Origin: Burkholderiales bacterium
GTDB lineage: Bacteria; Pseudomonadota; Gammaproteobacteria; Burkholderiales; Sulfuriferulaceae
Direction: 5' to 3'
Length of the DNA: 58,433 nt
Assembly: GCA_035713285.1 (NCBI GenBank)
Contig: DASSZW010000109.1
Location: 1 to 58,433, forward strand
The notes beneath the pieces were generated by a model. It saw only the letters and a program-made list of their open reading frames with translations, made no database searches and was not told the origin of the DNA. The translations under genes were made by a program, and so were the position numbers. How positions within the stretch are numbered: position 1 is the stretch's first letter; the number at the start of each line of letters is the position of its first letter. Of the stretch, positions 7,573-17,428 are shown in pieces.

Positions 7573-9318
7573 ATGTTGACTCCGTATACCGATATTAAAT
7601 CTCATCTTTACGTTTTGTTTACCGATGCACTGAACCGGATTTCGGCTGAAATAACGGATATCACGATAGAGATCGATCGTCCGCGCGATGCGGCGCACGG
7701 CGATTATGCCTGCAATCTGGCGATGAAACTGGCGAAGCGCCTGCGATGCAACCCCCGCGATGTCGCGCTACAGATTCAGGCGGCGCTTCCCGTTTCGGAG
7801 TGGATACTCAAGACGGAAATCGCCGGGGCCGGATTTATCAATATTTTTCTGCAACCGGGCGCCCAGCAGCAGGTTGTGGCGCATATTCTGGCGCAAGCCG
7901 ACCAATACGGTCAAAACCGGTCGGGTGCCGGCAAAACCGTACAGGTCGAATTCGTGTCGGCCAATCCTACCGGGCCGCTGCATGTCGGGCACGGCCGCGG
8001 TGCGGCTTACGGCGCCAGCCTGTCCAATCTGCTGGCGGCCTCGGGCTATTCGGTGTCCCGTGAATATTACGTCAATGACGCCGGACGGCAAATGGATATT
8101 CTCACGCTGTCGACGTGGCTGCGCTATTTGAGCTTGTGCGGAGAATCCGTAGCGTTTCCGGCGAATTCCTATCAAGGCGATTATGTGCGCAGCATGGCGG
8201 AAGAAATTTACCGCCGGCAAGCGCGGCGCTATCATCGCGAAACGGCGGCCGTGTTTGCGTCGGTACCGGATTTTGAGCAGGCGCCCGACGCGCATCTGGA
8301 TCAGTTGATCGCCAACGCCAAAGCCTTGTTGGGCGAAGAGGATTATCTGGAAATACACGGCTTTGTGCTCGCTGCACAATTAAGCGACTGCCGTCTCGAC
8401 CTGCACGAATTCGGCGTGGAATTCGATTGCTGGTTCTCGGAACAATCGCTCTACGATACCGGCGTCGTGCAGCGGATAGTGGCCGAACTCGAAGCTGCCG
8501 GACATATTTACGAACAAAACGGCGCCAAATGGTTTCGTTCCACCCGTTTCGGCGATGAAAAAGACCGGGTAGTGCTGCGAGACAACGGCTTATATACCTA
8601 TTTCGCTTCCGATATCGCTTATCACGTCAACAAGCTGGAACGCGGTTTCGACTGGATGATCGATGTCTGGGGCGCAGACCATCACGGCTACATTTCCCGC
8701 GTAAGAGGCGCGCTGCAAGCGCTGGGGCGCAATCCGGACCAGCTCACGGTAGCATTGGTGCAATTTGCGGTACTGTACCGCAACGGCAAAAAAGCCGCCA
8801 TGTCCACGCGCTCGGGCGAATTTGTCACCTTGCGCGAACTGCGTCATGAAGTCGGCAACGATGCGGCGCGGTTTTTTTATGTACTGCGCAAATCCGACCA
8901 GCATCTGGATTTCGACCTGGACCTGGCAAAATCGCAAACCAGCGACAATCCGGTATATTATATCCAGTACGCCCACGCGCGAATCTGCAGCGTCCTGGCG
9001 CAATGGGGCGGCGATACATCGGTATTGTCCGGAGCGGATTGCAGTCCCCTGACGAGCCGCTACGAGGTGGACCTGTTGCGGCGTCTGGCTGATTATCCGG
9101 ATGTCATCGAAACGGCAGCACGCGACCTGGCGCCCCATGCCGTCGCCTATATTCTCAAGGATATTGCTGCGGCCCTGCACGCATATTACAACGCGGAACA
9201 ATTTCTGGTCGAAGACACACTAATCCGGCATGCCCGCCTGGCGCTGATCCTCGCGACGCGCAGTGTTTTACGCAACGGTTTAACTATGCTCGGCATTTCA
9301 TGCCCGGCGCAAATGTAG
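7573..9318 (+). CDS. argS: Arginine--tRNA ligase
   Basis: VEFVSANPTGPLHVGHGR (HIGH), EYYVNDAGRQ, WGADHHGY, MSTRSG and YYIQYAHARI. Confidence 0.98.
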   Translation: MLTPYTDIKSHLYVLFTDALNRISAEITDITIEIDRPRDAAHGDYACNLAMKLAKRLRCNPRDVALQIQAALPVSEWILKTEIAGAGFINIFLQPGAQQQVVAHILAQADQYGQNRSGAGKTVQVEFVSANPTGPLHVGHGRGAAYGASLSNLLAASGYSVSREYYVNDAGRQMDILTLSTWLRYLSLCGESVAFPANSYQGDYVRSMAEEIYRRQARRYHRETAAVFASVPDFEQAPDAHLDQLIANAKALLGEEDYLEIHGFVLAAQLSDCRLDLHEFGVEFDCWFSEQSLYDTGVVQRIVAELEAAGHIYEQNGAKWFRSTRFGDEKDRVVLRDNGLYTYFASDIAYHVNKLERGFDWMIDVWGADHHGYISRVRGALQALGRNPDQLTVALVQFAVLYRNGKKAAMSTRSGEFVTLRELRHEVGNDAARFFYVLRKSDQHLDFDLDLAKSQTSDNPVYYIQYAHARICSVLAQWGGDTSVLSGADCSPLTSRYEVDLLRRLADYPDVIETAARDLAPHAVAYILKDIAAALHAYYNAEQFLVEDTLIRHARLALILATRSVLRNGLTMLGISCPAQM

Positions 9319-9326
9319 AGGAAAAC

Positions 9327-9926
9327 ATGGCACGTACTACTCAATCTCGCTCCCAACCCAGAAAAAAAGGCGGTTCCGTCTGGTCGGGCATCATGATAGG
9401 CATACTGGTAGGCGTAGCTGCCGCCGTCGCCGTAGCGGTATGGGTAGGACACAGCAATCCGTTTGCGGAACGCGCCGCAACTGCCAATAAAGCTGCCAAC
9501 GGCAAGCCGCAAGCGAGGCCGTCCAGCGATCAGGTCATCGATCCGCTGGCTAAGGCGACGGCTACCGTCAATTCGCCGCGATTCGATTTTTACAAGATTT
9601 TGCCCGGAAACCAGAATTCGTCCGCGGGCCAAACCGCTGCCAAAACCCAGGCTCCCGCTGCCGAACAATTTTACCTGCAAGCCGGCGCGTTTCCGAATGC
9701 CGAAGACGCCGACAATCTGAAAGCGCGTCTGGCCCTGATGGGTTACGAATCGGACATCCAAACCGTAGACATTCCTGACAAGGGAATCTGGCATCGCGTT
9801 CGGCTGGGTCCGTATAAAGCCGAAGACCTTAAAAAGATTCAGGCAAACCTTGCACAAAACAACATTAATACTACCTTGGTAAAAATCAAGAGCCCGTCCG
9901 ACGCCATGTCTTCCGCACCAAAATAA
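9327..9926 (+). CDS. SPOR-domain cell division protein (FtsN-like)
   Basis: N-terminal TM helix, FDFYKILP and the SPOR motif LQAGAF...A.L.L.G...WHRVRLGPY. ATG at 9327 after GAGGA; conserved argS-SPOR-dsbA order. Confidence 0.9.
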   Translation: MARTTQSRSQPRKKGGSVWSGIMIGILVGVAAAVAVAVWVGHSNPFAERAATANKAANGKPQARPSSDQVIDPLAKATATVNSPRFDFYKILPGNQNSSAGQTAAKTQAPAAEQFYLQAGAFPNAEDADNLKARLALMGYESDIQTVDIPDKGIWHRVRLGPYKAEDLKKIQANLAQNNINTTLVKIKSPSDAMSSAPK

Positions 9927-9942
9927 ATCTTAGGAGATCAGT

Positions 9943-10602
9943 ATGCCTTTTCGTCGCGTAATCCTGATATGCAGTCTGTTTTTAATCGCATTTTTGCCGT
10001 TCGGCAGCGCAGATGCCGCGATAACGGTCGATAAGGACTATACCATCCTCAGTCCGGAAATCGGCACCGATACACCCGACAAAATCGAAGTCGCCGAATT
10101 TTTCTGGTATCACTGCCCGCATTGTTTCAACCTCGAACCCGCCCTCAATGCCTGGATTAAAAAAGCTCCCAAAGACGTCGCTATCCGGCGGATTCCCGCG
10201 GTATTAAACGCATCCTGGGTACCGCTGGCAAAAACCTATTATGCGATGGAAGCCCTGGGCGTGGTGAATAAATATCATGACGATTTATTTAATGCGATCC
10301 ATCTCGAAGGCCTGGACACCAGCCAGGAAAGCAATATTTTCAACTGGGCCGGCATGATAGGCATGAATAAACAGGCATTCATCAATGCCTACCAGTCATT
10401 CGGGGTACAAAGTAAAGTCATGCGCGCCTACCAGCTGACCCGCGACGCCAAAATCACGGGCGTTCCCACCTTTATCGTCGATGGCAAATATTCGACTTCC
10501 GAATCCATGACCGGCAGTGAAGCCGCCTTGTTCAGTACGCTGGACCAATTAATCGCCAAGGCGCGCAAAGAACGCGCCGCCAAAGCCGCACGACGGAAAT
10601 AA
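9943..10602 (+). CDS. dsbA: Thiol:disulfide interchange protein DsbA
   Basis: Signal peptide, EFFWYHCPHC and GVPT cis-Pro loop; AGGAG RBS. Confidence 0.93.
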   Translation: MPFRRVILICSLFLIAFLPFGSADAAITVDKDYTILSPEIGTDTPDKIEVAEFFWYHCPHCFNLEPALNAWIKKAPKDVAIRRIPAVLNASWVPLAKTYYAMEALGVVNKYHDDLFNAIHLEGLDTSQESNIFNWAGMIGMNKQAFINAYQSFGVQSKVMRAYQLTRDAKITGVPTFIVDGKYSTSESMTGSEAALFSTLDQLIAKARKERAAKAARRK

Positions 10603-10608
10603 TGCCGC

Positions 10609-10632
10609 CCGGGGACTCGCAGGAGTCCCCGG
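10609..10632 (+). terminator. GC-rich hairpin after dsbA (no U-tract; terminator or mRNA-stabilising stem)
   Basis: CCGGGGACTC-GCAG-GAGTCCCCGG, a perfect 10-bp stem 6 nt after the stop codon. Confidence 0.5.
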
Positions 10633-10764
10633 TATGCGACAGGATCTCGATACCTCAGGCCTGCCCGGTATTGCCGTTATAGGCAGCTGTAATTTATAGT
10701 ACACGCACGAATAACACCATTCCAGAGGGATTTCCTGCCTCAATCAAGATCGCAATTCCGCCCT

Positions 10765-10782
10765 CTGTCATACGCCCGTCAT
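10765..10782 (+). promoter_or_regulatory. PHO-box-like site upstream of the second glycosyltransferase
   Basis: CTGTCAT-ACGC-CCGTCAT: 11-bp periodicity, one half-site mismatch from the PhoB consensus, 44 bp before the ATG. Confidence 0.55.
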
Positions 10783-10826
10783 TAAAGTTTGTTACAAATC
10801 TCTTAAATAACGTATCGGATTGCTTA

Positions 10827-12011
10827 ATGAACATTTTGATGGTGTCGGATGTGTATTTCCCCAGAGTCAATGGCGTTTCGACGTCGATCATGACATTACG
10901 GCGCGAACTGAAAGCCCTGGGCCATTCGGTGACTCTGGTCGTGCCTTCCTACGGAAAGAACGAAACCCCGGAAACCGATATTATTCGCATTGGCGGTCGC
11001 AAAGTCCTGATGGATCCCGAAGACCGGCTCATGAATTCTTCCGAGCTGCAATGCCTGCCTGAATTGCTGAAAGGACAGATTTTCGATCTGGTTCATATCC
11101 ATACTCCGTTTCAGGCTCATTATACCGGACTGCGATTAGCGAAACGCTTCGGTATCCCTTGCGTCGAAACCTATCATACGTTTTTCGAAGAATATCTGTA
11201 TCACTACATTCCGTTTCTGCCGAAATCGCTCATGCGCTATGCGGCAAGGCATTTTTCCCGCCGGCAATGCGCCCAGATAGACGGGCTCATCCTGCCCTCT
11301 ATCGCGATGGAAGAAACCCTGCAGCGATACGGCGTCGATACGTTCAGGAAGATCATTCCTACCGGGATAGAGCTGTCGGATTTCGATTATTGCGACCATC
11401 ATTCGTTCCGGCATAAGCATCGCATCGCCCTGGACCGCCCTGTAATCGTTTATGTAGGTCGCGTTGCGTTCGAAAAAAATATCGAATTCCTGTTGATCAT
11501 GCTGTCTCAATTGCGCCATGGGCTGCCCGACGTATTGATGATCATCGCCGGGGAGGGGCCGGCAGAAGCCAAACTCAAGCGCATGGTGGATGGATTGAAC
11601 CTGTCCGGGCACGTCCTGTTTGTCGGCTACCTGGAACGGGCTACCGAGTTGCCCGCCTGTTATCTGGCAGGCGACGCTTTCGTGTTTGCGTCGCGCACCG
11701 AAACACAGGGTCTGGTATTGCTCGAAGCGATGGCGCTCGGCGTGCCTGTCGTATCGACCGCAATCATGGGCACTCGCGATATTCTTGCGGCAGGCAAGGG
11801 CTGCCGCGTAGCGCCGGACGACCCGGTCGGTTTTGCCGCCGCCTTGTACGATGTGTTGTCCGACGCCGGGCTTCGCGCCCGCCTGAGCGCCGAAGCCCGG
11901 CATCATGCACTCGAATGGAGCGCGCCGCGCATGGCCAGCCAGGTAAGCGATTTTTATAGACAAATCCTCGACACGGCACCGGCGCTCAACGCTTCCGCCC
12001 TGACCGGCTGA
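10827..12011 (+). CDS. GT4-family glycosyltransferase (diacylglycerol glucosyltransferase-like)
   Basis: SDVYFPRVNGVSTSI, HIHTPF, TYHT, YVGRVAFEKN and ETQGLVLLEAMALG. Confidence 0.9.
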   Translation: MNILMVSDVYFPRVNGVSTSIMTLRRELKALGHSVTLVVPSYGKNETPETDIIRIGGRKVLMDPEDRLMNSSELQCLPELLKGQIFDLVHIHTPFQAHYTGLRLAKRFGIPCVETYHTFFEEYLYHYIPFLPKSLMRYAARHFSRRQCAQIDGLILPSIAMEETLQRYGVDTFRKIIPTGIELSDFDYCDHHSFRHKHRIALDRPVIVYVGRVAFEKNIEFLLIMLSQLRHGLPDVLMIIAGEGPAEAKLKRMVDGLNLSGHVLFVGYLERATELPACYLAGDAFVFASRTETQGLVLLEAMALGVPVVSTAIMGTRDILAAGKGCRVAPDDPVGFAAALYDVLSDAGLRARLSAEARHHALEWSAPRMASQVSDFYRQILDTAPALNASALTG

Positions 12012-12124
12012 TCCTGGTTACACCCCTCAGGACCGGCCTGCGGTTTCATATCGGTGCCCGGCCCTCTGTAACTGGCCGGCCATGCAGCGTACAATAACTC
12101 CCATTCATCTCTACGCCCTCTATC

Positions 12125-12685
12125 ATGGCCTTGCCCGACCGCACTCAACAGGTAATCAATACGTACGCCGCATTCATACACGGCGTAGCGACCGCATGCA
12201 CGCAACCGCATTTGATGGCTGAATTGCAGCCGGTGCTGACGCAAGCGGAACGGCAGGGCTGGGGCAAACTGGTCGCAGCATTGAGACTGGTGATAGCCGG
12301 GCGGCGCGACAGCGGCGTTTATGCCAGCCTCGACGACGACGAACGTATTATTGTGGAAGCGATACTGCGCGGCATCCAGGAACCCACCACGCTACCCGAT
12401 CCGGCGCAGTCGGCCGATCCCGATGCTGCGGCACCCGGCCTGGCCGAAATGGTTTTCGCTTCCGCGCACGGCGATGCCGCTGCCGCTGCGGCACTGGCCA
12501 ATATGGCCGAACAAATGGTCAAAGCCGGTGGCGATATGGCGAAATTAGGCGGAAATTTATACCGGATGGTAAATGGCGAACGCGATATCGATCTGCTCAC
12601 GCGCGGCATGAGCGCAAAAGGGCGCGCCCTGATAGAAAAATTACTGGCGGAACTTGAGCGCCCGTCTCATCCCGACAACGCATGA
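12125..12685 (+). CDS. Hypothetical all-helical protein with an internal two-fold repeat
   Basis: Fills the gap between the GT and mpl with plausible composition; the pattern KL...L..(V/M)..G.RD appears twice. Confidence 0.75.
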   Translation: MALPDRTQQVINTYAAFIHGVATACTQPHLMAELQPVLTQAERQGWGKLVAALRLVIAGRRDSGVYASLDDDERIIVEAILRGIQEPTTLPDPAQSADPDAAAPGLAEMVFASAHGDAAAAAALANMAEQMVKAGGDMAKLGGNLYRMVNGERDIDLLTRGMSAKGRALIEKLLAELERPSHPDNA

Positions 12686-12710
12686 CCGACCGATCGCGCT
12701 TGCAGACGGT

Positions 12711-14069
12711 TTACGGAGCCAGCGCGATTCCGTCCCTCAATGCCTGCAACAGTTTTTCGTGTATTCCGCCGAAACCGCCGTTACTCATAATCAGGACATG
12801 ATCGCCGGAGCGCGCTTCGGCCGCCACGGCATCGATCAGCGCATTCATATCGCCGCAGACCCGGGCGACCGGGCCCATGCCGGAAAATACCGCCTGCGCG
12901 TCCCACGACAGATTGGCGCTGTAACAGAATACCGCATCGGCAGCTTGCAGGCTGGCGGGCAATTCCCGGTTCATCGTCCCGAGTTTCATGGTATTGGAAC
13001 GGGGTTCGAGCACCGCCAGTATTCTCGCGCTGCCGACTTTACGCCGCAACCCGTTCAGCGTAGTAGCGATTGCGGTGGGGTGATGGGCAAAATCGTCATA
13101 AACCGTTATCCCGTTGACTGTGCCGCGCACTTCCATGCGGCGTTTGACATTTTCGAAGCTGCCCAGGGCTGTACAGGCAACGGCGGCGGCAACGCCCGCA
13201 TGCCGGGCGGCGGCGATAGCGGCCAGGGCGTTGCGTACATTGTGCGCCCCGATCAACGGCCAATCCACCTCACCCTGTTTTATTCCTTTAAAGTACACCG
13301 CAAAGGCCGATTCGCCACCTTCGGCCTGCCAGCCGTCCGCCATGCCGAAATACTCCGCCGGCGTCCAGCAGCCTCGCGCTAAAACGCGTTGCAGGCTGGC
13401 TTCCGCCTGCGGGGCGATAATCAGCCCCTCGCCGGGAACGGTGCGCACCAGATGATGAAACTGGGTTTCTATGGCTGCCAGATCGGCAAATATATCGGCG
13501 TGGTCGAATTCCAGATTGTTCAGAATCACTGTGCGCGGACGATAATGCACAAACTTGGAACGCTTGTCGAAAAAAGCCGTATCGTATTCGTCGGCTTCGA
13601 TAACGAAAAACGGCAATTCGGTCAGCCGTGCGGAAATACCGAAATTCTGCGGGATGCCGCCGATCAGGAAACCGGGCTGCAGACCCGCCTGTTCCAGTAT
13701 CCAGGCGAGCATGGCGGAAGTCGTGGTTTTGCCGTGCGTGCCGGCGACAGCGAGTACCCACTTATCGCGCAACACTTGTTCGGCCAGCCATTGCGGGCCG
13801 GAAATATACGGCAATCCGCGATTCAATATTGCTTCCATCAAGGGATTGCCGCGCGTGACCACATTACCTATCACGTAAACATCGGCGTTCAGTTCCAGTT
13901 GCGCGGGGTCGTAGCCCTGCATCAGCTCTATACCCAGCGCACCCAGTTGGTCCGACATCGGCGGATAGACGTTTGCGTCGCAACCGGTAACACGATGGCC
14001 CGCCGCTCGGGCAATGGCCGCAACGCCGCCCATAAATGTCCCGCAGATACCTAAAATATGTAAGTGCAT
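12711..14069 (-). CDS. mpl: Murein peptide ligase
   Basis: MHLHILGICGTFMGG, AGTHGKTTT, IEADEYDTAFFDKRSKF, DDFAHHPTAI and EPRSNTMKLG. Confidence 0.97.
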   Translation of the reverse strand: MHLHILGICGTFMGGVAAIARAAGHRVTGCDANVYPPMSDQLGALGIELMQGYDPAQLELNADVYVIGNVVTRGNPLMEAILNRGLPYISGPQWLAEQVLRDKWVLAVAGTHGKTTTSAMLAWILEQAGLQPGFLIGGIPQNFGISARLTELPFFVIEADEYDTAFFDKRSKFVHYRPRTVILNNLEFDHADIFADLAAIETQFHHLVRTVPGEGLIIAPQAEASLQRVLARGCWTPAEYFGMADGWQAEGGESAFAVYFKGIKQGEVDWPLIGAHNVRNALAAIAAARHAGVAAAVACTALGSFENVKRRMEVRGTVNGITVYDDFAHHPTAIATTLNGLRRKVGSARILAVLEPRSNTMKLGTMNRELPASLQAADAVFCYSANLSWDAQAVFSGMGPVARVCGDMNALIDAVAAEARSGDHVLIMSNGGFGGIHEKLLQALRDGIALAP

Positions 14070-14097
14070 GAAGTAATGCTCGCCGTATAAAAGTCGG

Positions 14098-14535
14098 TTA
14101 ATTCAGTCCTGCGCCTTCCACAACGCTGCCCTTGGCCAGGTCTACCAGTATCGATGTGCCGGGAATGAGCGTAGCGACCGCCAGCAAAAAAATCTCGATG
14201 AATTCGGTACGCTCTTTTTCCGGCAAGGAACTGGTATGGTTAAACGTACCGAACATCGAATCGTGGAATGCGGCGATGAACAGTATCTGTTTTTTCAGCT
14301 CGGGAATATTGTAGGGGTCCGCGCCATCGCCGAGTTGGGCAATAACGACTTCTCCCAGTTTTTCCTTGATGGACTTATATAAATGATTAATATATTCCGC
14401 CGCACTGGCGCGCCCGTTTTCGTCTTGCAAGGTCAGTTCGGCGCTCACCTTTTCTCCGGCTTTGGTTTTAAGCGCAACGTGTTTTGCGATCGGCCCTGAC
14501 GATGCCGTGCCGCCGGGTTGAATAATCAAACTCAT
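14098..14535 (-). CDS. Hypothetical protein
   Basis: 145-aa ORF with GAGGA RBS, co-oriented and tightly packed between the AEC transporter and mpl; no recognised motif. Confidence 0.75.
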   Translation of the reverse strand: MSLIIQPGGTASSGPIAKHVALKTKAGEKVSAELTLQDENGRASAAEYINHLYKSIKEKLGEVVIAQLGDGADPYNIPELKKQILFIAAFHDSMFGTFNHTSSLPEKERTEFIEIFLLAVATLIPGTSILVDLAKGSVVEGAGLN

Positions 14536-14572
14536 GTTTTTTCCTCATCGTCTGCAAATCTGCAAAGCTGTA

Positions 14573-15520
14573 TCAAAGCAATATCCATAACCATAGCGGC
14601 AGGGTAAACAAAAACAGCAGCGCCGTCCATGCAATCGTTAACGCAGCCGTTTCCACATCAAGCTGATAGCGATCGGCCAGGCTCAGCGACATCAGCATGG
14701 TAGGAACGCCGGTTTCGATCACTGCCGCAATTTGGGCGTTGTGCAAAGTGCCGAGCCAGAAACGCGATATCAGCCAGACGGTCATCGGCAACAACAGCAA
14801 CTTGACGGCTACGACCAGCCAAACCGCCGGACCGGGCACCAGCCGCTTCCACGGAATAGACAAACCCAGCATCAGCAGCATAATGGGAACGGTCGGCTGG
14901 CCGATCATCCGTGCAGCGTGAATGAGCGGCGTTACCGTCCAGCCCGAGAGGCTGACTGCTATCCCGACGATAAACGACCAGACCGGCGGCAACATCAGCC
15001 ACGCTTTAACCGGATTGACCCGGGACGCGGTTTTACCGCCCGAACGCACGGCTATCCAGACGCCCAGGCTCCAGAGCAAAGGCGTGGAGGCGCCCATATC
15101 GGCGAATGCTGCGTAACGGCCGCCTTCTTCGCCAAACAGGTAATGGAGCAGGGGATACCCCATGAACAGAACATTACCGAACATGCCGCACAATAATAAT
15201 GCCGCCTTCGTCTTATCCGATAAATTCCGGCCTAGCGGGGTCTGGTAAAAAACGAGATACAAGCTTGCGCCGCCAAAAATAATGCTTAATGCCAGCAGCA
15301 GGGGTACCGATAACAGCTGCGCCGTAATATGCGCGCTGGCCGCCGCAGCGAACAGCAACGCCGGCGCAAACAGATTTATGGCTATCGTACTGATATACCT
15401 ACGTACGGCGCGTACTCCGTCCTCGCCCAGGCTGCGCCGCCACCAGGCGCCGGCCAGGACCAGCAAGGCCATGGGCAGCATCACTTCCAATAGCAGATTC
15501 AAATAATAATTGATGGACAT
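14573..15520 (-). CDS. AEC (auxin efflux carrier/malate permease) family transporter
   Basis: About 10 TM helices; PALLF, FGNVLFMGYP and KLLLLP motifs. Confidence 0.88.
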   Translation of the reverse strand: MSINYYLNLLLEVMLPMALLVLAGAWWRRSLGEDGVRAVRRYISTIAINLFAPALLFAAAASAHITAQLLSVPLLLALSIIFGGASLYLVFYQTPLGRNLSDKTKAALLLCGMFGNVLFMGYPLLHYLFGEEGGRYAAFADMGASTPLLWSLGVWIAVRSGGKTASRVNPVKAWLMLPPVWSFIVGIAVSLSGWTVTPLIHAARMIGQPTVPIMLLMLGLSIPWKRLVPGPAVWLVVAVKLLLLPMTVWLISRFWLGTLHNAQIAAVIETGVPTMLMSLSLADRYQLDVETAALTIAWTALLFLFTLPLWLWILL

Positions 15521-15646
15521 GGATCAGGCGCGGCGCTGGAATCCCGTGGTTGGCCGCAGAGCGGAAATTAACGCGTATGGATAGCCGTCATAATATCAAA
15601 CCTGCCGCCAGATACGAAAATTTTCTGCTGCGGCGATCATTGCAGG

Positions 15647-15675
15647 TTGACATGGTGTCAAATCGACACTATCAT
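15647..15675 (+). promoter_or_regulatory. Sigma-70 promoter of nrtR-nadA
   Basis: TTGACA (15647-15652), 17-bp spacer, TATCAT (15670-15675). Confidence 0.75.
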
Positions 15676-15676
15676 A

Positions 15677-15697
15677 TTAGTGTACTTTATACACTTA
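15677..15697. promoter_or_regulatory. NrtR operator (21-bp palindrome)
   Basis: TTAGTGTA-CTTTA-TACACTTA with the GT-N7-AC core typical of NrtR sites, overlapping the predicted transcription start. Confidence 0.8.
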
Positions 15698-15702
15698 ATC
15701 TC

Positions 15703-16374
15703 ATGGCTGACTATTGCTACGATTATCCGCATCCGGCGGTTACTACCGATATCGCGCTGTTTACGATCATCGACGATACCCTTGCGATTTTGCTGATACG
15801 CCGCCGTTCGCAGCCCTTTCAGGGCGGATGGGCTTTGCCCGGAGGCTTTGTCGACCCGGATGAATGCCTGGAAGATTGCGCGTTGCGCGAGCTGGCGGAA
15901 GAAACCGGCATTACCGGCGTTTTTCTGGAACAGCTTTATACTTTCGGCAAGCCGGACCGGGATCCGCGCGAGCGCATTATCAGCGTGGCTTACTACGCGC
16001 TTGCGCCCGCCGAAATTCTGGCGCCTATTGCCGGTTCGGACGCGGCGGAAGTGCGCTGGTTTGCTTTGAACGCGCTACCGGAACTGGCTTTCGATCACGA
16101 TGAAATCATAGCAATGGCGCAACAGCGTCTGCGCGCCAAGCTGGATTATTCGACCGTAGCCTTCAGTTTGATGGCAGAAACCTTTACGTTGGGTGAATTG
16201 CAGAAAGTCTATGAAATCATTCGCGGCGAATCGCTGGATAAACGCAATTTCCGCAAATATATTTTATCGCTGAATTTGCTGGCCGAATCGGGAGCGACCC
16301 AGCAAGGCTGCAATCACCGGCCGGCCAAACTGTATCGCCTTGCTCGACCCGGCACCTTACATTACATACGCTAG
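15703..16374 (+). CDS. nrtR: Nudix-related transcriptional regulator NrtR
   Basis: N-terminal Nudix domain (WALPGGFV...[19 protein letters not shown]) and C-terminal wHTH (FTLGELQ..YE, DKRNFRK, RPAKLY); upstream of nadA. Start reassigned to the ATG at 15703. Confidence 0.9.
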   Translation: MADYCYDYPHPAVTTDIALFTIIDDTLAILLIRRRSQPFQGGWALPGGFVDPDECLEDCALRELAEETGITGVFLEQLYTFGKPDRDPRERIISVAYYALAPAEILAPIAGSDAAEVRWFALNALPELAFDHDEIIAMAQQRLRAKLDYSTVAFSLMAETFTLGELQKVYEIIRGESLDKRNFRKYILSLNLLAESGATQQGCNHRPAKLYRLARPGTLHYIR

Positions 16375-16384
16375 CGAGATCATC

Positions 16385-17428
16385 ATGTCTATTCGACCTG
16401 TCATACCGTTTCCGGCCGTTCCCCGCATTATTGCGCCGCCCATGCAGGAGGAACAGCTGGAAGACGCCGAACGCGGCAGCCTGGTTGTACGCATCCGGGA
16501 TTTGATCGAACAGCAGGACGCCGTGCTCATCGCCCATTATTATACGTCTGCCGATATCCAGGATCTGGCCGAAAGCACCGGCGGCTGTGTTTCCGATTCG
16601 CTCGAAATGGCGCGGTTCGGCCATGCGCACAAGGCCGGGACACTGATCGTCGCCGGAGTCAAATTCATGGGCGAAACGGCAAAAATACTCAACCCGGAAA
16701 AACGCGTACTAATGCCTGAAACAGCGGCGGAATGCTCCCTCGATCTCGCCTGCCCGGCTGACGCTTTCAGCGTATTCTGCGACCAGCATCCCGACCGGGT
16801 CGTCGTGGTGTATTCAAACACCTCGGCTGCCGTTAAAGCCCGCGCCGACTGGGTTGTTACCTCGGGCATCGCGGTTAAAGTCATCCAGCATCTGCACGCT
16901 CAAGGCAAAAAAATCCTGTGGGCGCCCGACCGGCATCTGGGCGAATACGTACGCGATGTAACGGGAGCCGACATGCTGTTGTGGCAAGGTTCGTGCGTAG
17001 TGCATGAAGCGTTCAAAGCCAGCGAGCTGGCGGCGATGAAACAGCAATACCCCGATGCGGCCGTGCTGGTGCATCCCGAATCTCCCGCTGCGGTCGTTGC
17101 ACTCGCCGATGTCGTCGGCTCCACCACGCAAATTATTCGCGCCGCCCAGACCATGTCCAATCGCACTTTTATCGTAGCGACGGATAACGGTATTTTTCAT
17201 AAAATGCGCGCGGCAGCTCCCGGCAAGCTATTCCTGGAGGCTCCGACCGCGGGAAAGGGCGCTACGTGCAAAAGCTGTGCACATTGTCCGTGGATGGCGA
17301 TGAACGGCCTGAAAAATCTCGCCCGGGTGCTGGAAACCGGCAGCAATGAAATTTTGATCGAAGAAACTACCCGTCATCGCGCCGGATTATCGATACAACG
17401 GATGATGGATTTTGCCGCTACGCATTAA
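16385..17428 (+). CDS. nadA: Quinolinate synthase A
   Basis: [32 protein letters not shown] and CPWM motifs, including the three Fe-S Cys. Confidence 0.96.
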   Translation: MSIRPVIPFPAVPRIIAPPMQEEQLEDAERGSLVVRIRDLIEQQDAVLIAHYYTSADIQDLAESTGGCVSDSLEMARFGHAHKAGTLIVAGVKFMGETAKILNPEKRVLMPETAAECSLDLACPADAFSVFCDQHPDRVVVVYSNTSAAVKARADWVVTSGIAVKVIQHLHAQGKKILWAPDRHLGEYVRDVTGADMLLWQGSCVVHEAFKASELAAMKQQYPDAAVLVHPESPAAVVALADVVGSTTQIIRAAQTMSNRTFIVATDNGIFHKMRAAAPGKLFLEAPTAGKGATCKSCAHCPWMAMNGLKNLARVLETGSNEILIEETTRHRAGLSIQRMMDFAATH

